Positions 29,757-39,093 of a stretch of 64,000 bases of DNA are shown here, piece after piece. Positions within the stretch are counted from its first letter, which is position 1, and each line of letters begins with the position of its first letter. Both the position numbers and the translations under genes were made by a program. The stretch comes from a virus: IMG/VR virus record IMGVR_UViG_3300046820_003928, positions 1 through 64,000 of that record. One strand, written 5' to 3'. The notes beneath the pieces were generated by a model. That model worked only from the letters and a program-made list of their open reading frames with translations. It did not search any database and was not told the DNA's origin.

Positions 29757-30170
29757 CTATACTTTGTTAATCCATCGCCAGTAATTCTTTAACGCACCAT
29801 CTTTGGGCTCGGGAATTCCTGACCAATTATGCTTACAGAAGATCTCATACGCAGCAGATGCGTACTCACCAATCCCGTGAAGAGACTTTGGATCCGATTT
29901 GTCCCACGAAAGATAGTCAGTGGACATTTTGATCAAAGTCTTTGCTCGTCTTTCTCCAAGCCCTAAGTCTTTGACAAGCTCATGAACCTGATCAAAGTCT
30001 GCAGTTGATGCAGACCCTGGATCTGGCCAACACTCAAAGAATTTCCACATTGTTGGCTCTGCATCAACCCTTCGGGTCAGATTGCAGAAGATACAAACAA
30101 CAAAGACACGCCAGGGATCTTCCTGGACGTGTTCTTGTATGAGATTGTATGGCGATCGTGGTGCGTACAT
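29757..30170 (-). CDS. MBD4-like HhH DNA glycosylase (catalytic domain only)
   Basis: SPYNLIQE..DPW...CIFCNLT, LGL..RA, LHGIGEYA, PKD..L..Y. Confidence 0.85.
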   Translation of the reverse strand: MYAPRSPYNLIQEHVQEDPWRVFVVCIFCNLTRRVDAEPTMWKFFECWPDPGSASTADFDQVHELVKDLGLGERRAKTLIKMSTDYLSWDKSDPKSLHGIGEYASAAYEIFCKHNWSGIPEPKDGALKNYWRWINKV

Positions 30171-30214
30171 GCACTTATTTTACGTAAAAGTGCAAAATTT
30201 ACACCCGATAGGGC

Positions 30215-30487
30215 CTATACAGTTTTAGATTTTTTCTTCAATAGGCTTCCTGCCCATTTAGGTGCTCTCTCAACGTACGCCTTAAGAGCATACCTGTGTG
30301 CTTCTTTTCTTTCCTGACCGCGCCGGTTCATGGCATGATCTATGATAGAGCTATAGATTGACCTGAACCGACGCTTCTCCTTCTCTATTTCTTCTGTTTC
30401 TCGCCTAGATTCATCAAGCTTCTTTTCAAAGAATCTAATTACTTTCTTTGATGTCTTGTCTGGATCTGGTGCATATTTTGATGGCAT
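30215..30487 (-). CDS. Basic hypothetical protein (90 aa)
   Basis: AATAATTA motif 5 nt upstream of the ATG. Confidence 0.65.
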   Translation of the reverse strand: MPSKYAPDPDKTSKKVIRFFEKKLDESRRETEEIEKEKRRFRSIYSSIIDHAMNRRGQERKEAHRYALKAYVERAPKWAGSLLKKKSKTV

Positions 30488-30499
30488 GTCTCTAATTAT

Positions 30500-30775
30500 T
30501 CAATGCGCTCCACAATGAACTCGACCGTCTCTGTGCGTGTGACATGCTCCCCTGCCAGCCGGAGGTGGAGGTGGAGGAACAGGTCTAACTGCATATGTGA
30601 CCCAATATCCTGGTACCCAAATTCCGCTTCGTGTCCAATATCCGGAAACCCACCTTCTAGCAGGTGCGCTATAGGGAGAAACATAGACAGGTCTCGCATA
30701 ATGGGTGTGGTGATCTACTGGGTGAGCTGACGCTGCGTGAATGACGCAACCAAATAGCAGAGAAAAGAAAATCAT
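30500..30775 (-). CDS. Secreted WxxGxW-repeat, Pro/His-rich small protein
   Basis: Signal peptide-like N-terminus; WVSGYW and WVPGYW; AGGAGG RBS. Confidence 0.75.
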   Translation of the reverse strand: MIFFSLLFGCVIHAASAHPVDHHTHYARPVYVSPYSAPARRWVSGYWTRSGIWVPGYWVTYAVRPVPPPPPPAGRGACHTHRDGRVHCGAH

Positions 30776-30832
30776 ATTAACCTCCTTTCTCTTAGGTGCC
30801 TCTTGAGATCAATTTATTCTAAATTGAATGTT

Positions 30833-31465
30833 TTAATATCCAAACGCTGAGATCGTTTCTTTGAATGGAGATCCTGGAATTTCTCTAACTTGTCGCAGCA
30901 TCTCTTCTGCGATCCAGCAGATTTCACGTTGAGCATCTGGCTTCATGCGAAGGCCAAGAAAGTGATTGAAAGATCGCCAGTTGAACATGACGTCCATTGT
31001 GATTTGATTTCCATACGGGAGATAGAATCGAGCTGATTCTTTTGCCCGCTTCCGACTCATGCCTCCTGCGACTAACCTCTCAAGTGTATCGTGGTAGCGC
31101 ATAATTGCATCTTCCATGAAAGCAATGTACTTTGCTCTCTCCTCAAGGGGCCAATCGCTTGGAACGTAGTACTTGTCATCCTTCAGCTCCTTATAGCGAG
31201 CTGACTCACCATTTATCGAAACACCAATTCGATGCTTGAGAAGATGGATATGGCTGGCACAATCAACTGTAACAAGGAAATGAAGACTTGACTTCTCAAA
31301 GGGAGTCTCGTGTCCATTCTCAGCCAGCATTTTAAGAAGAGATGAAATTCTCGACCTCTTGTCATCATTTAGATCTCTGCTTGTACTCGTCCAAGCAGAC
31401 AATGCATGAATCTCATCAGATCCGTAATAGCCAACTAGTTCAACTTTGTTTTCTTGAAATGACAT
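30833..31465 (-). CDS. thyX: Flavin-dependent thymidylate synthase
   Basis: GHETPFE, KHR-x8-SARY, KESARFYLP, NWRS, LR...AQREI. Confidence 0.95.
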   Translation of the reverse strand: MSFQENKVELVGYYGSDEIHALSAWTSTSRDLNDDKRSRISSLLKMLAENGHETPFEKSSLHFLVTVDCASHIHLLKHRIGVSINGESARYKELKDDKYYVPSDWPLEERAKYIAFMEDAIMRYHDTLERLVAGGMSRKRAKESARFYLPYGNQITMDVMFNWRSFNHFLGLRMKPDAQREICWIAEEMLRQVREIPGSPFKETISAFGY

Positions 31466-31673
31466 TTCTTAAACTCTCTCTGATTTTTCTATCCCAAATT
31501 ATTTCAAAGAACCACTGGAGAGCTGTAAGAAACAATCCTGATACAAGTACCATGATTGTCGATTTTACAGCATCTCCGGTGAAAAGGTAAGTAATCCAGG
31601 TTCCAAATAGCATTGAAAATATTCGCCAAACAATTGTTTTAATGAAAAGCTCAATGCTATCTGTCTTCATCAT
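31440..31673 (-). CDS. Small membrane protein (DUF2061-like)
   Basis: KTIVWRI...Y.FTG...FEIIW with two hydrophobic helices. Confidence 0.65.
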   Translation of the reverse strand: MMKTDSIELFIKTIVWRIFSMLFGTWITYLFTGDAVKSTIMVLVSGLFLTALQWFFEIIWDRKIRESLRNVISRKQS

Positions 31674-32686
31674 GAAGCCTCAAGAAGAAGTCTTGTTACA
31701 ATATAGGGATCAATATTTGCACATGGTCTCCTATCTTCGAAGTATCCACATTTCTCTTTTGCAACTTGCAAAGGAATTCTAATAGAAGCACCTCTGTCTG
31801 AGACTCCACATCTAAATTCCCTATATGAGCAAGTCTCATGCTGCCCTGTTAGTCGTTGTTCAATTCCGTGACCATAATAGGGAATGTAATCATCATGCAA
31901 TCGACGCAGGACGCTAACAATTCTGTCTATCTCTTTCATTCCTGTTTCTGGATTTCTCGTTGCAGCAGTTGACCAATTTGTATGAGCACCTGCCCCATTT
32001 AGCTCCTTGACCGGCTTCGGATCGAGCTTGGCATTGATACCGTGCTTTTCTCCAACCCGATAGAGAAGCCATCTAGCAATCCAGAGATGGTCTGAAACTG
32101 TGAGAGGATCAGCAGTTCCAATCTGGAATTCCCACTGCCCAGGCATCACCTCAGCATTCACACCGCAAATCACGATTCCTGCGTCCAAACAAGCTCTCAT
32201 GTGGTCTTCAACAAGATCTCGACCACATACTTCATCTGATCCAACGCCGCAGTAGTAGGGGCCTTGCTGTGGTGGATATCCGCCCGCAGGCCACCCGAGA
32301 GGTGTTCCTCCCCTAAACAGCGTGTATTCCTGTTCAATCCCACAAAGCGGTGCCTTGTGAGAATTCTTCTCCATCAGCTTGACAAGATGATGCCGCATAT
32401 TGGAGCGATGAGGTGTTCCATCTGCGTTGTAGACCTCGCAAAGGACAAGAATAGCGAGCTTGTCACTGCTTCTTGTCGGATCCTTGCAGAAAGTGACAGG
32501 AACGAGGATGCAATCACTTTTATCACCGGGAGCTTGATTTGTTGAAGATCCGTCGAATGTCCATTGCGGGATGTCACTGACATCAAGTCTTTCTCCAGAA
32601 AATCCAAAAATCTTTGTCTTGCTTCTAACTCTAGAAGTTGGAAGAGTTCCATCTACCCAAATGTATTCTGCTATAATATTAACCAC
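31670..32686 (-). CDS. glnII: Glutamine synthetase type II
   Basis: AEYIW.DG, WTFDGSST, QGPYYCGVG, NAEVMPGQWEFQ, NGAGAHTN, RLTG.HET, RGASIRIP, EDRRP; 338 aa. Confidence 0.96.
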   Translation of the reverse strand: MVNIIAEYIWVDGTLPTSRVRSKTKIFGFSGERLDVSDIPQWTFDGSSTNQAPGDKSDCILVPVTFCKDPTRSSDKLAILVLCEVYNADGTPHRSNMRHHLVKLMEKNSHKAPLCGIEQEYTLFRGGTPLGWPAGGYPPQQGPYYCGVGSDEVCGRDLVEDHMRACLDAGIVICGVNAEVMPGQWEFQIGTADPLTVSDHLWIARWLLYRVGEKHGINAKLDPKPVKELNGAGAHTNWSTAATRNPETGMKEIDRIVSVLRRLHDDYIPYYGHGIEQRLTGQHETCSYREFRCGVSDRGASIRIPLQVAKEKCGYFEDRRPCANIDPYIVTRLLLEAS

Positions 32687-32693
32687 GTCTCAC

Positions 32694-33296
32694 CTATTCA
32701 AACTTGTATTTGATGTCCACGTTGATCTTCAGGTCTGGAACTCTCTTGTGATTTGCAAGACCATGAAGAATTGCTTCATCTGCATCAAGATACCAATCTG
32801 CGTGGCTTTTTTCATGGATTATGTCTAGAAAGTAATTTGGCTCCTTGCCACAATTTGAAGACATCATCTTATAGACTTTCTGATTTAGTCTTTCTGCCTC
32901 TTTTGAGTCTGCCTTAATATCCTCGATCTTTCCAATGGCGCCACTCGAGACGTCATGAATCATGATTGTTGCATCAGGATCGATGAATCTGTAGCCCTGA
33001 TTTCCAAAGCTAAACAAGATTGCACCACAGCTCATTGCCTTTCCCTCGACAATTGTAGCAACAGGAACCTTTGACGACTTAATGTTTCCAATCATCGACA
33101 TTAGGGAGTAAACTTGACCTCCGTAGCTATCGATGACAATTGGTATGATAGGCTGTCCCGTTGATTGAGCCAATGACATCTGTTGTCCAAACTCTTTTGC
33201 AGAGTCTTCATCAAACTTATTGACCCTAATGATTACAGGAGCAGCGCGAAGCTCAATCTCCTTGATCAAGGGAGATACGCAAGTTATTACATTCAT
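32694..33296 (-). CDS. clpP: ClpP-like serine protease
   Basis: IDSYGG, AMSCG (Ser), IMIHD (His), DWYLDADEA (Asp). Confidence 0.9.
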   Translation of the reverse strand: MNVITCVSPLIKEIELRAAPVIIRVNKFDEDSAKEFGQQMSLAQSTGQPIIPIVIDSYGGQVYSLMSMIGNIKSSKVPVATIVEGKAMSCGAILFSFGNQGYRFIDPDATIMIHDVSSGAIGKIEDIKADSKEAERLNQKVYKMMSSNCGKEPNYFLDIIHEKSHADWYLDADEAILHGLANHKRVPDLKINVDIKYKFE

Positions 33297-33321
33297 TTGA
33301 TTCTCTCGTGTTAGATGAAAA

Positions 33322-36300
33322 CTATCCGCACTTTGCGTATGAACAACTCATACAGCTAAGGCATCCTTCCTGATAGACAAGATCTGAATTTCCACACTGT
33401 GGGCAGGATTTATCTGATGACTTAGTACCGTCCTTGATGTACCCCTTGAGAACGCGAGATATTACCTTTGCAAAGGAAAACATGTCGCTGTTCTTGTCTT
33501 TTTGAAGCTGCTCAACAACGTAGTGAAGAGGAACATCATGTCGCAAAGCAAGAGAGACGGTTCTAGAAAAAGCACCCTGCGTGGGATTGTTGAAGAGATT
33601 GACAACATCCTTGAAGATTAGGTTGTCATCATCTCCAACAGGAACAACAAGATTGTACGTTGTAACCCCGTCTCTCTTTCCGTTCTTAATCAGAGATCCT
33701 GTCTTGTATTTCCGAGGAATCTCAATATTCTCAGGGATACCGCAGAAGACCTCATAGGGCTTTCCGTCATTCAATCCTACGAGAACAAGCCAGGACTCGG
33801 AGATGTCACCATTTCTAATTGTTGCACGGTGAATGTCACAACCAAGGCTCTTTGGGCGCTTCGGCGTAAGACGGCCGTCATCTACCTTCTTTTCTGGTTT
33901 GGGCTCATCAGCCTGGACGAGAACACCTGTCCTGCAACCATCGCGATAGACTGTGAATCCCTTGCAACCTGACTTCCAGGCTCTAAGGTAAACGTCATTG
34001 ACTGTTTCACGGGTTGCTGAATTGGGCAGATTGCAGGTCTTGGAGATCGAATGATCGATCCAGCGCTGTGCTGCAGCCTGGATCTCGACAGACTTCACCC
34101 AATCGATGTCGTTGGCTGTGCCGCCCCAGTACGGGCTCGCCTGTGGATCAGTCTTTCCGGTGACATCCATCCACTTCTTGAACCAGTGGTGATACACTGT
34201 GTACTCCTGCCACTTGTCACCCATGGGATCGACGAAGTCAACGCGGGAGGTGAGGTCTCCCTGTGTGATCTTGCGACGACGCTTGTAGGAGAGGAGGAAG
34301 GCAGGCTCGATGCCGGATGTCGTACGAGTGAGACAGGAGACTGACCCAACGGGCGCTGTCGTGGTGAGAGCGATGTTGCGACGGCCTGTGGTTTCCCACA
34401 TTCTCATGGCATCATCCCCGCATGCCGACATCACCTTGTTGAGGTAGCTGTGATCCTTCTCCTTTCCGTAGTTCCAGACTGGGAAAGCACCTCGCTCCTG
34501 AGCCATAATGAGGGAGGAACGGTGGGCTCCAACCGCGAGGGCCTTGTAGATCTCCTCGGTGACCGCGATCGAACGATCATCGCCGTAACGAACATTCAGA
34601 GCTGCAAGTGCGTCTCCGAGTCCTGTCACGCCGAGACCTGTGCGACGACCGTTAAGACCAGCAGCACGGATCTTGTTCCATAGGTCTGTCTCAATCCGCT
34701 TCACGTGTCCAGGCTGGGGATCATTCTCAATCTTTTGCAAGATCCGATCCACACACTCCACCTCGAGGTCGACAAGGTCATCCATAAGACGCTGGGCCTT
34801 CATGACGACGCTATCGAAACGATCGAAGTCAAACTTTGCCTTGTCGGTGAATGGATTAACCACGAATGACGTGAGATTGACAACCATGAGGCGGCAGCTG
34901 TCATATGGGCTGAGGGGGATCTCACCGCAATTCTTCACACAGACGCCAGAAGATTCTATAAACTTGTCATCTGAATTTGAAGTAATCACAAAATAGTTGT
35001 GGTTGTCATCAACGGTGATGTTGTAGACATCTTCGAAGCCAACGAATTCCACAGAGGCGACCTTGTGGTTTCCAATGACACAGCTCTTGAAGTTGCTGAA
35101 GTTTTCAAATCTAAACTCATTAGAGATGTGGATCGGTGCGCCGATGGACTTGGCGTGCGATGTCCATGACTGCTTGGTGATCTTTCCATCGCGCGCATAG
35201 ATCTTCTGGCCCTCAGAAATTAGCTCTTCGTTCGTGAAGCCGCTGAACCTTCCGTTGGTTTCTCCTGGATGAGATGCGAAGCTATGTTTCCACTCATCAT
35301 CCATCTGATGATAGGGATTGTTCTCCCCTCTCATTTTGGAGGCATGAAGCTCTCGATGGTCTTCGTGAAGAAGAACGGACAGGTTTTCGATTCGATCGTT
35401 GTGGCTGTCAAAATCCAAGTGGTGGATTGCGTGAGTTTTCGCATCAACTGGTCCACTAAAGAACTCGTGAATGAGACGATACTGCCGTCTGTTCCTGAAT
35501 CCGCCTCCCTTGAGCTTCTCTCCCGTATTGCAGATCTGTCTGTATCCGTTTGAATCGAAGGAGTTGAATGGGACGATGCTATCACCCGGCTTCAGCTCGG
35601 AGAGTGGAACATACACGAGATCCTTACGAAGAATCTTGTGATCTGGGGTGGCGCGAAGAGACGATCCATCATCCAGCATTAGCTTCCAAACTTCTCTCTT
35701 TTCCCCGGTGAGGCGAGGACTTCTGCCCATCTTTATGACAGTCTGTCCCGTCTTGAGATCAGTAGAATAGACCGGAACGTCACGTCCCTCTTGAGCGAGG
35801 AGCGCAATGCTCACAGCATTTCGACCGTCGGCGACAGCAATGAGAGAGTCTCCCGTGATGCAGGGATTCGTCGAGATTGTCTTGTAACCAGCGTCACGGT
35901 AGCAATCGACGATACCTTCATTTACCACAGTGTCCCAGAAGAGAGCACCCGGCTCTGCAGATGACCAGGCAGCATCAACAAACTTATCCCAAACCTGCTT
36001 AGCGTTGATGACCTTCGTGATCTGAGCGTCCTCGACCTGAGATTCAACGGGCCAACGAAGGGTGAAGTCGGATCCAATCTCAACAGCCTGCATGAACTCG
36101 TCAGTGAAGCGGATCGAGATGTTGGCTCCTGTCACCTTCTTGAGGTCACGCTTGATATCGATAAAAGTCTCAATCTCCGGATGACGACAGTCAATTGTGA
36201 GCATGAGTGCGCCACGGCGTCCACCCTGCGCCACCTCGCGCGTGGAGTTAGAGAAGCGCTCCATGAATACACCAATGCCATCTGTGGTCCGAGCAGCATT

Positions 36301-36753
36301 GGACGTAGGCTGCCCCTTCGGGCGTATGGTCGAGATGTCAAACCCGACTCCGCCGCGGCGCTTCATGATCTGGACCTGCTCCTGATCAGTGAACAGGATG
36401 CCAGCATAGCTGTCATGTGGCTGCTCAACAACAAAACAGTTCGACAGGCTCTGGAGCTGGTGAGGGTTCCCGATACCAGACATCGGGGAGCCCTGGGGCA
36501 CCACATCCCTGAAATCTCTAAGGAGACTGTAGATCTCATCCTCGCTCATTGCGTTTGGATACTTTGCCTCGACGCGGGCGAACTCCTTTGCAATACGACG
36601 ATGCATCTGATCTGGGTTTGTTTCCAGTAGATCTTCTCCGTTTCGCAAAGCATACTTCATAAAAACATCGGGTGCGAGAGCATCGCCCTCAAAATACTCA
36701 GAGGACTCGCGAAGAGCCCTCTCCTTGACAGATTCAGACATTTCAAGCTCCAT
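33322..36753 (-). CDS. nrdJ: Class II (B12-dependent) ribonucleotide reductase containing an intein
   Basis: SNC, RRGGVG, RRGA, TNP|CGE, RRTGLG, APVGS, SSGIEP-like, ISKTCN, KGFTVYRDG, C-terminal zinc ribbon. Confidence 0.95.
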   Translation of the reverse strand: MELEMSESVKERALRESSEYFEGDALAPDVFMKYALRNGEDLLETNPDQMHRRIAKEFARVEAKYPNAMSEDEIYSLLRDFRDVVPQGSPMSGIGNPHQLQSLSNCFVVEQPHDSYAGILFTDQEQVQIMKRRGGVGFDISTIRPKGQPTSNAARTTDGIGVFMERFSNSTREVAQGGRRGALMLTIDCRHPEIETFIDIKRDLKKVTGANISIRFTDEFMQAVEIGSDFTLRWPVESQVEDAQITKVINAKQVWDKFVDAAWSSAEPGALFWDTVVNEGIVDCYRDAGYKTISTNPCITGDSLIAVADGRNAVSIALLAQEGRDVPVYSTDLKTGQTVIKMGRSPRLTGEKREVWKLMLDDGSSLRATPDHKILRKDLVYVPLSELKPGDSIVPFNSFDSNGYRQICNTGEKLKGGGFRNRRQYRLIHEFFSGPVDAKTHAIHHLDFDSHNDRIENLSVLLHEDHRELHASKMRGENNPYHQMDDEWKHSFASHPGETNGRFSGFTNEELISEGQKIYARDGKITKQSWTSHAKSIGAPIHISNEFRFENFSNFKSCVIGNHKVASVEFVGFEDVYNITVDDNHNYFVITSNSDDKFIESSGVCVKNCGEIPLSPYDSCRLMVVNLTSFVVNPFTDKAKFDFDRFDSVVMKAQRLMDDLVDLEVECVDRILQKIENDPQPGHVKRIETDLWNKIRAAGLNGRRTGLGVTGLGDALAALNVRYGDDRSIAVTEEIYKALAVGAHRSSLIMAQERGAFPVWNYGKEKDHSYLNKVMSACGDDAMRMWETTGRRNIALTTTAPVGSVSCLTRTTSGIEPAFLLSYKRRRKITQGDLTSRVDFVDPMGDKWQEYTVYHHWFKKWMDVTGKTDPQASPYWGGTANDIDWVKSVEIQAAAQRWIDHSISKTCNLPNSATRETVNDVYLRAWKSGCKGFTVYRDGCRTGVLVQADEPKPEKKVDDGRLTPKRPKSLGCDIHRATIRNGDISESWLVLVGLNDGKPYEVFCGIPENIEIPRKYKTGSLIKNGKRDGVTTYNLVVPVGDDDNLIFKDVVNLFNNPTQGAFSRTVSLALRHDVPLHYVVEQLQKDKNSDMFSFAKVISRVLKGYIKDGTKSSDKSCPQCGNSDLVYQEGCLSCMSCSYAKCG
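34930..35862 (-). mobile_element. 311-aa intein with HNH endonuclease, inserted at the RNR active-site NP|CGE
   Basis: Starts CITGDS, block B ATPDH, block F VYNITV, ends VCVKN with +1 Cys; internal IHH.D....ND.IENL HNH motif. Confidence 0.93.
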
Positions 36754-36772
36754 AAGAATTCTTACTCTTAGA

Positions 36773-38140
36773 CTACTTTCCGTTAATCTCTTTCCACTTC
36801 TCTTTTAGAAGCGTTTTCATGGACGTTCCGTCAGCTTTTACAACATCGTTGAGCGACATCTCATCGGCGTTGAGCAACGTGAATTTCGACATGGAAGTAT
36901 CTATCTGCATAGGAAAGAGCATACCATCTCGACCTGCACGATTCTTTGCAACGAAGATTCGACCAGCGCCGGTTGCTTTTTCATTTGGCTTTCTTGAAAT
37001 TGACAAGACAACGTCAGCGACCATTGCTTTACCATAAGCCTCAGACATGTTTTCGAGTCCAACAATGTCTGAGTTTGACGCATCTCGGTTTGCCTGCGAT
37101 GCTGTCCAGATCGGGAAATTCATCTCCATGGCCATGTTTCGAAGCTCCTCATAGACAAGCTTGAGCTCGTGTCGAAGAGAATCAAACTTGCGAGATGACT
37201 TCATAATATCTGCATAGTCAATAATGATGATGCTCGGCACAAACGACTTGAGAAGAAGCTTCTCAATGTGATTCCGCAAGGTCTGAACTGAAGCCGTTCC
37301 TGTTGGATATTCCTTGATGATAAGCCGCCCAAGCTGCGTGCCCTTGTAGAATTCGATCACTTCATCTTTGCGATCGATGACCTCGCTGCTTGGAATGTTG
37401 CACAGATTGGAGTCGTATCTCAGGCCAACTGCAGACTCAGTAAGCTCGAACGTGTAATGCACCACGTTCTTTCCGACTCGCAAGGCCTCAGCGCCCATCT
37501 GAACAAGAAAGTGTGACTTTCCAACGCCAGTCGGAGCGATAACAACCCCGAGCTCTCCGCGACCGAGTCCGCCATTCAAGATGTCAGGAGCATCAATCTG
37601 CGGCAGTCCAGTCGGGCAGACCTGTCGGCGTGTTCTAACAAATCGTGCCTCCATGTCCTCGAAGAAATCATGACCAACAGAGGCTGGCGTTCCTGCAGCA
37701 AGCGCATCTTTCATGAGACCGACAACTGAATCAAGGTTATCGGTTGCGATCATTTCTACGGCTTTCTCGAGTGCCTCCTTCATCGCCTGCTTCTTGCAGA
37801 AGTCAAGAGTCTTATCCTTGACATAGTCAAGATCGCCAACATTTGGATTTGTTCGCATCCGCTGAAGGTAATCAATGATCTGATCTCGAAGAATGGTGTC
37901 TTTCCCTTCTCGAAGATCTTCTTTGATAATCGTAACCAGCAGCGGCAGGGTCGGGAAGTCCTTGTACTTCTGGTGATAGGTAAAGTATGACTTGCAGAGA
38001 TATTGCAGATACTTGAGATCAAAGTACTCTGGCGTCATGATCTCAATCATCTGCATTGCCCAGGCTCGATCAGTCAGGAATGCCTGAAAGATCTTTTCCT
38101 GGAACTGCTTGCCGTACTGGCTGAAAAAAGCCTCACTCAT
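36773..38140 (-). CDS. dnaB: Replicative helicase, DnaB/T4 gp41-like
   Basis: GELGVVIAPTGVGKS, IIDYAD, SQANR, KNRAG. Confidence 0.93.
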   Translation of the reverse strand: MSEAFFSQYGKQFQEKIFQAFLTDRAWAMQMIEIMTPEYFDLKYLQYLCKSYFTYHQKYKDFPTLPLLVTIIKEDLREGKDTILRDQIIDYLQRMRTNPNVGDLDYVKDKTLDFCKKQAMKEALEKAVEMIATDNLDSVVGLMKDALAAGTPASVGHDFFEDMEARFVRTRRQVCPTGLPQIDAPDILNGGLGRGELGVVIAPTGVGKSHFLVQMGAEALRVGKNVVHYTFELTESAVGLRYDSNLCNIPSSEVIDRKDEVIEFYKGTQLGRLIIKEYPTGTASVQTLRNHIEKLLLKSFVPSIIIIDYADIMKSSRKFDSLRHELKLVYEELRNMAMEMNFPIWTASQANRDASNSDIVGLENMSEAYGKAMVADVVLSISRKPNEKATGAGRIFVAKNRAGRDGMLFPMQIDTSMSKFTLLNADEMSLNDVVKADGTSMKTLLKEKWKEINGK

Positions 38141-39093
38141 TCTGCACCAATGTGATTAACTGCGTAGAACATGTTGTCAATGTCAAAATTTCTAATTCCA
38201 ATAGATTGTGCTTCCCGCATGAAGCCAATCTTATCTCGCTTAGGGGCCCATTTTTCATTCGTAAATCGTATTCTTTCGATTTGTTGCGGAGGGATTGATG
38301 ATGAATCAAGGTAGACTAGCTTCCAGTTGCGACGAATTAGATCTGCAGCGTCACAGACTGATTCGAAGACTTTGACCTTGCCAGTCTTCCTAGATTCTGA
38401 TATTGACAAAAAGTCATCAAGAAGAATATCGTCCTGCAGAGAAAGCTCTGGAAACCGCTTTGCAAGCGTCTTAAACCCGACACCTTGAACGCCGGGAATG
38501 TTATCGGAATCATCGCCGCAAACAGCCTTTGCAAGAGCAAAGTTGTTTGGATGAACTCCAAATTTAGAAATCACCTCGCTGGTATCGACTAGCTTTTTCC
38601 AGGTCGGAGAGTAGATGATCGAATTGTCTCGAATTAGCTGATAGTAATCTTTGTCAGCTGAGAGAATAATGTGAAGCGACTCAGGATGCATGTACCTGCA
38701 GATGTATGCAATGACGTCATCTGCCTCACAATCCTGACCATACATCTGCACAATAGGAAGATGATTTAGCAGCTTTACTATTGCAATAATCTGACTATTT
38801 CGATCAGATACTGTCTGTGGGATATCTTCTTCGTAATATCTGTTAAGCTTCTCAGGTCTCCTGTGCATTTTATAGTTGGGATAGAGAGATCGACGTCTAG
38901 CAGATCCTCCGCTTTCCCAAACAACATAGACTCTCTTTGGTCTAAATCTGGTACAAAGAGATCGAAGCTCGCCCAAAAACCCGACAACTCCGCCAAGGTG
39001 GTTACCATTCACACCCATGGCTGGATGTGCAACGAAGTGTCGGGTAAAAAGGTTGAGAGCATCGACCAACAAGATCGATGCGTCTCCTTTCAT
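38137..39093 (-). CDS. 5'-3' exonuclease/flap endonuclease, paralogue 2
   Basis: LVDALNL, YK..R, EADDVIA, SADKDYYQL, GDDSDNIPGVQGVGFKT. Confidence 0.92.
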   Translation of the reverse strand: MKGDASILLVDALNLFTRHFVAHPAMGVNGNHLGGVVGFLGELRSLCTRFRPKRVYVVWESGGSARRRSLYPNYKMHRRPEKLNRYYEEDIPQTVSDRNSQIIAIVKLLNHLPIVQMYGQDCEADDVIAYICRYMHPESLHIILSADKDYYQLIRDNSIIYSPTWKKLVDTSEVISKFGVHPNNFALAKAVCGDDSDNIPGVQGVGFKTLAKRFPELSLQDDILLDDFLSISESRKTGKVKVFESVCDAADLIRRNWKLVYLDSSSIPPQQIERIRFTNEKWAPKRDKIGFMREAQSIGIRNFDIDNMFYAVNHIGAE

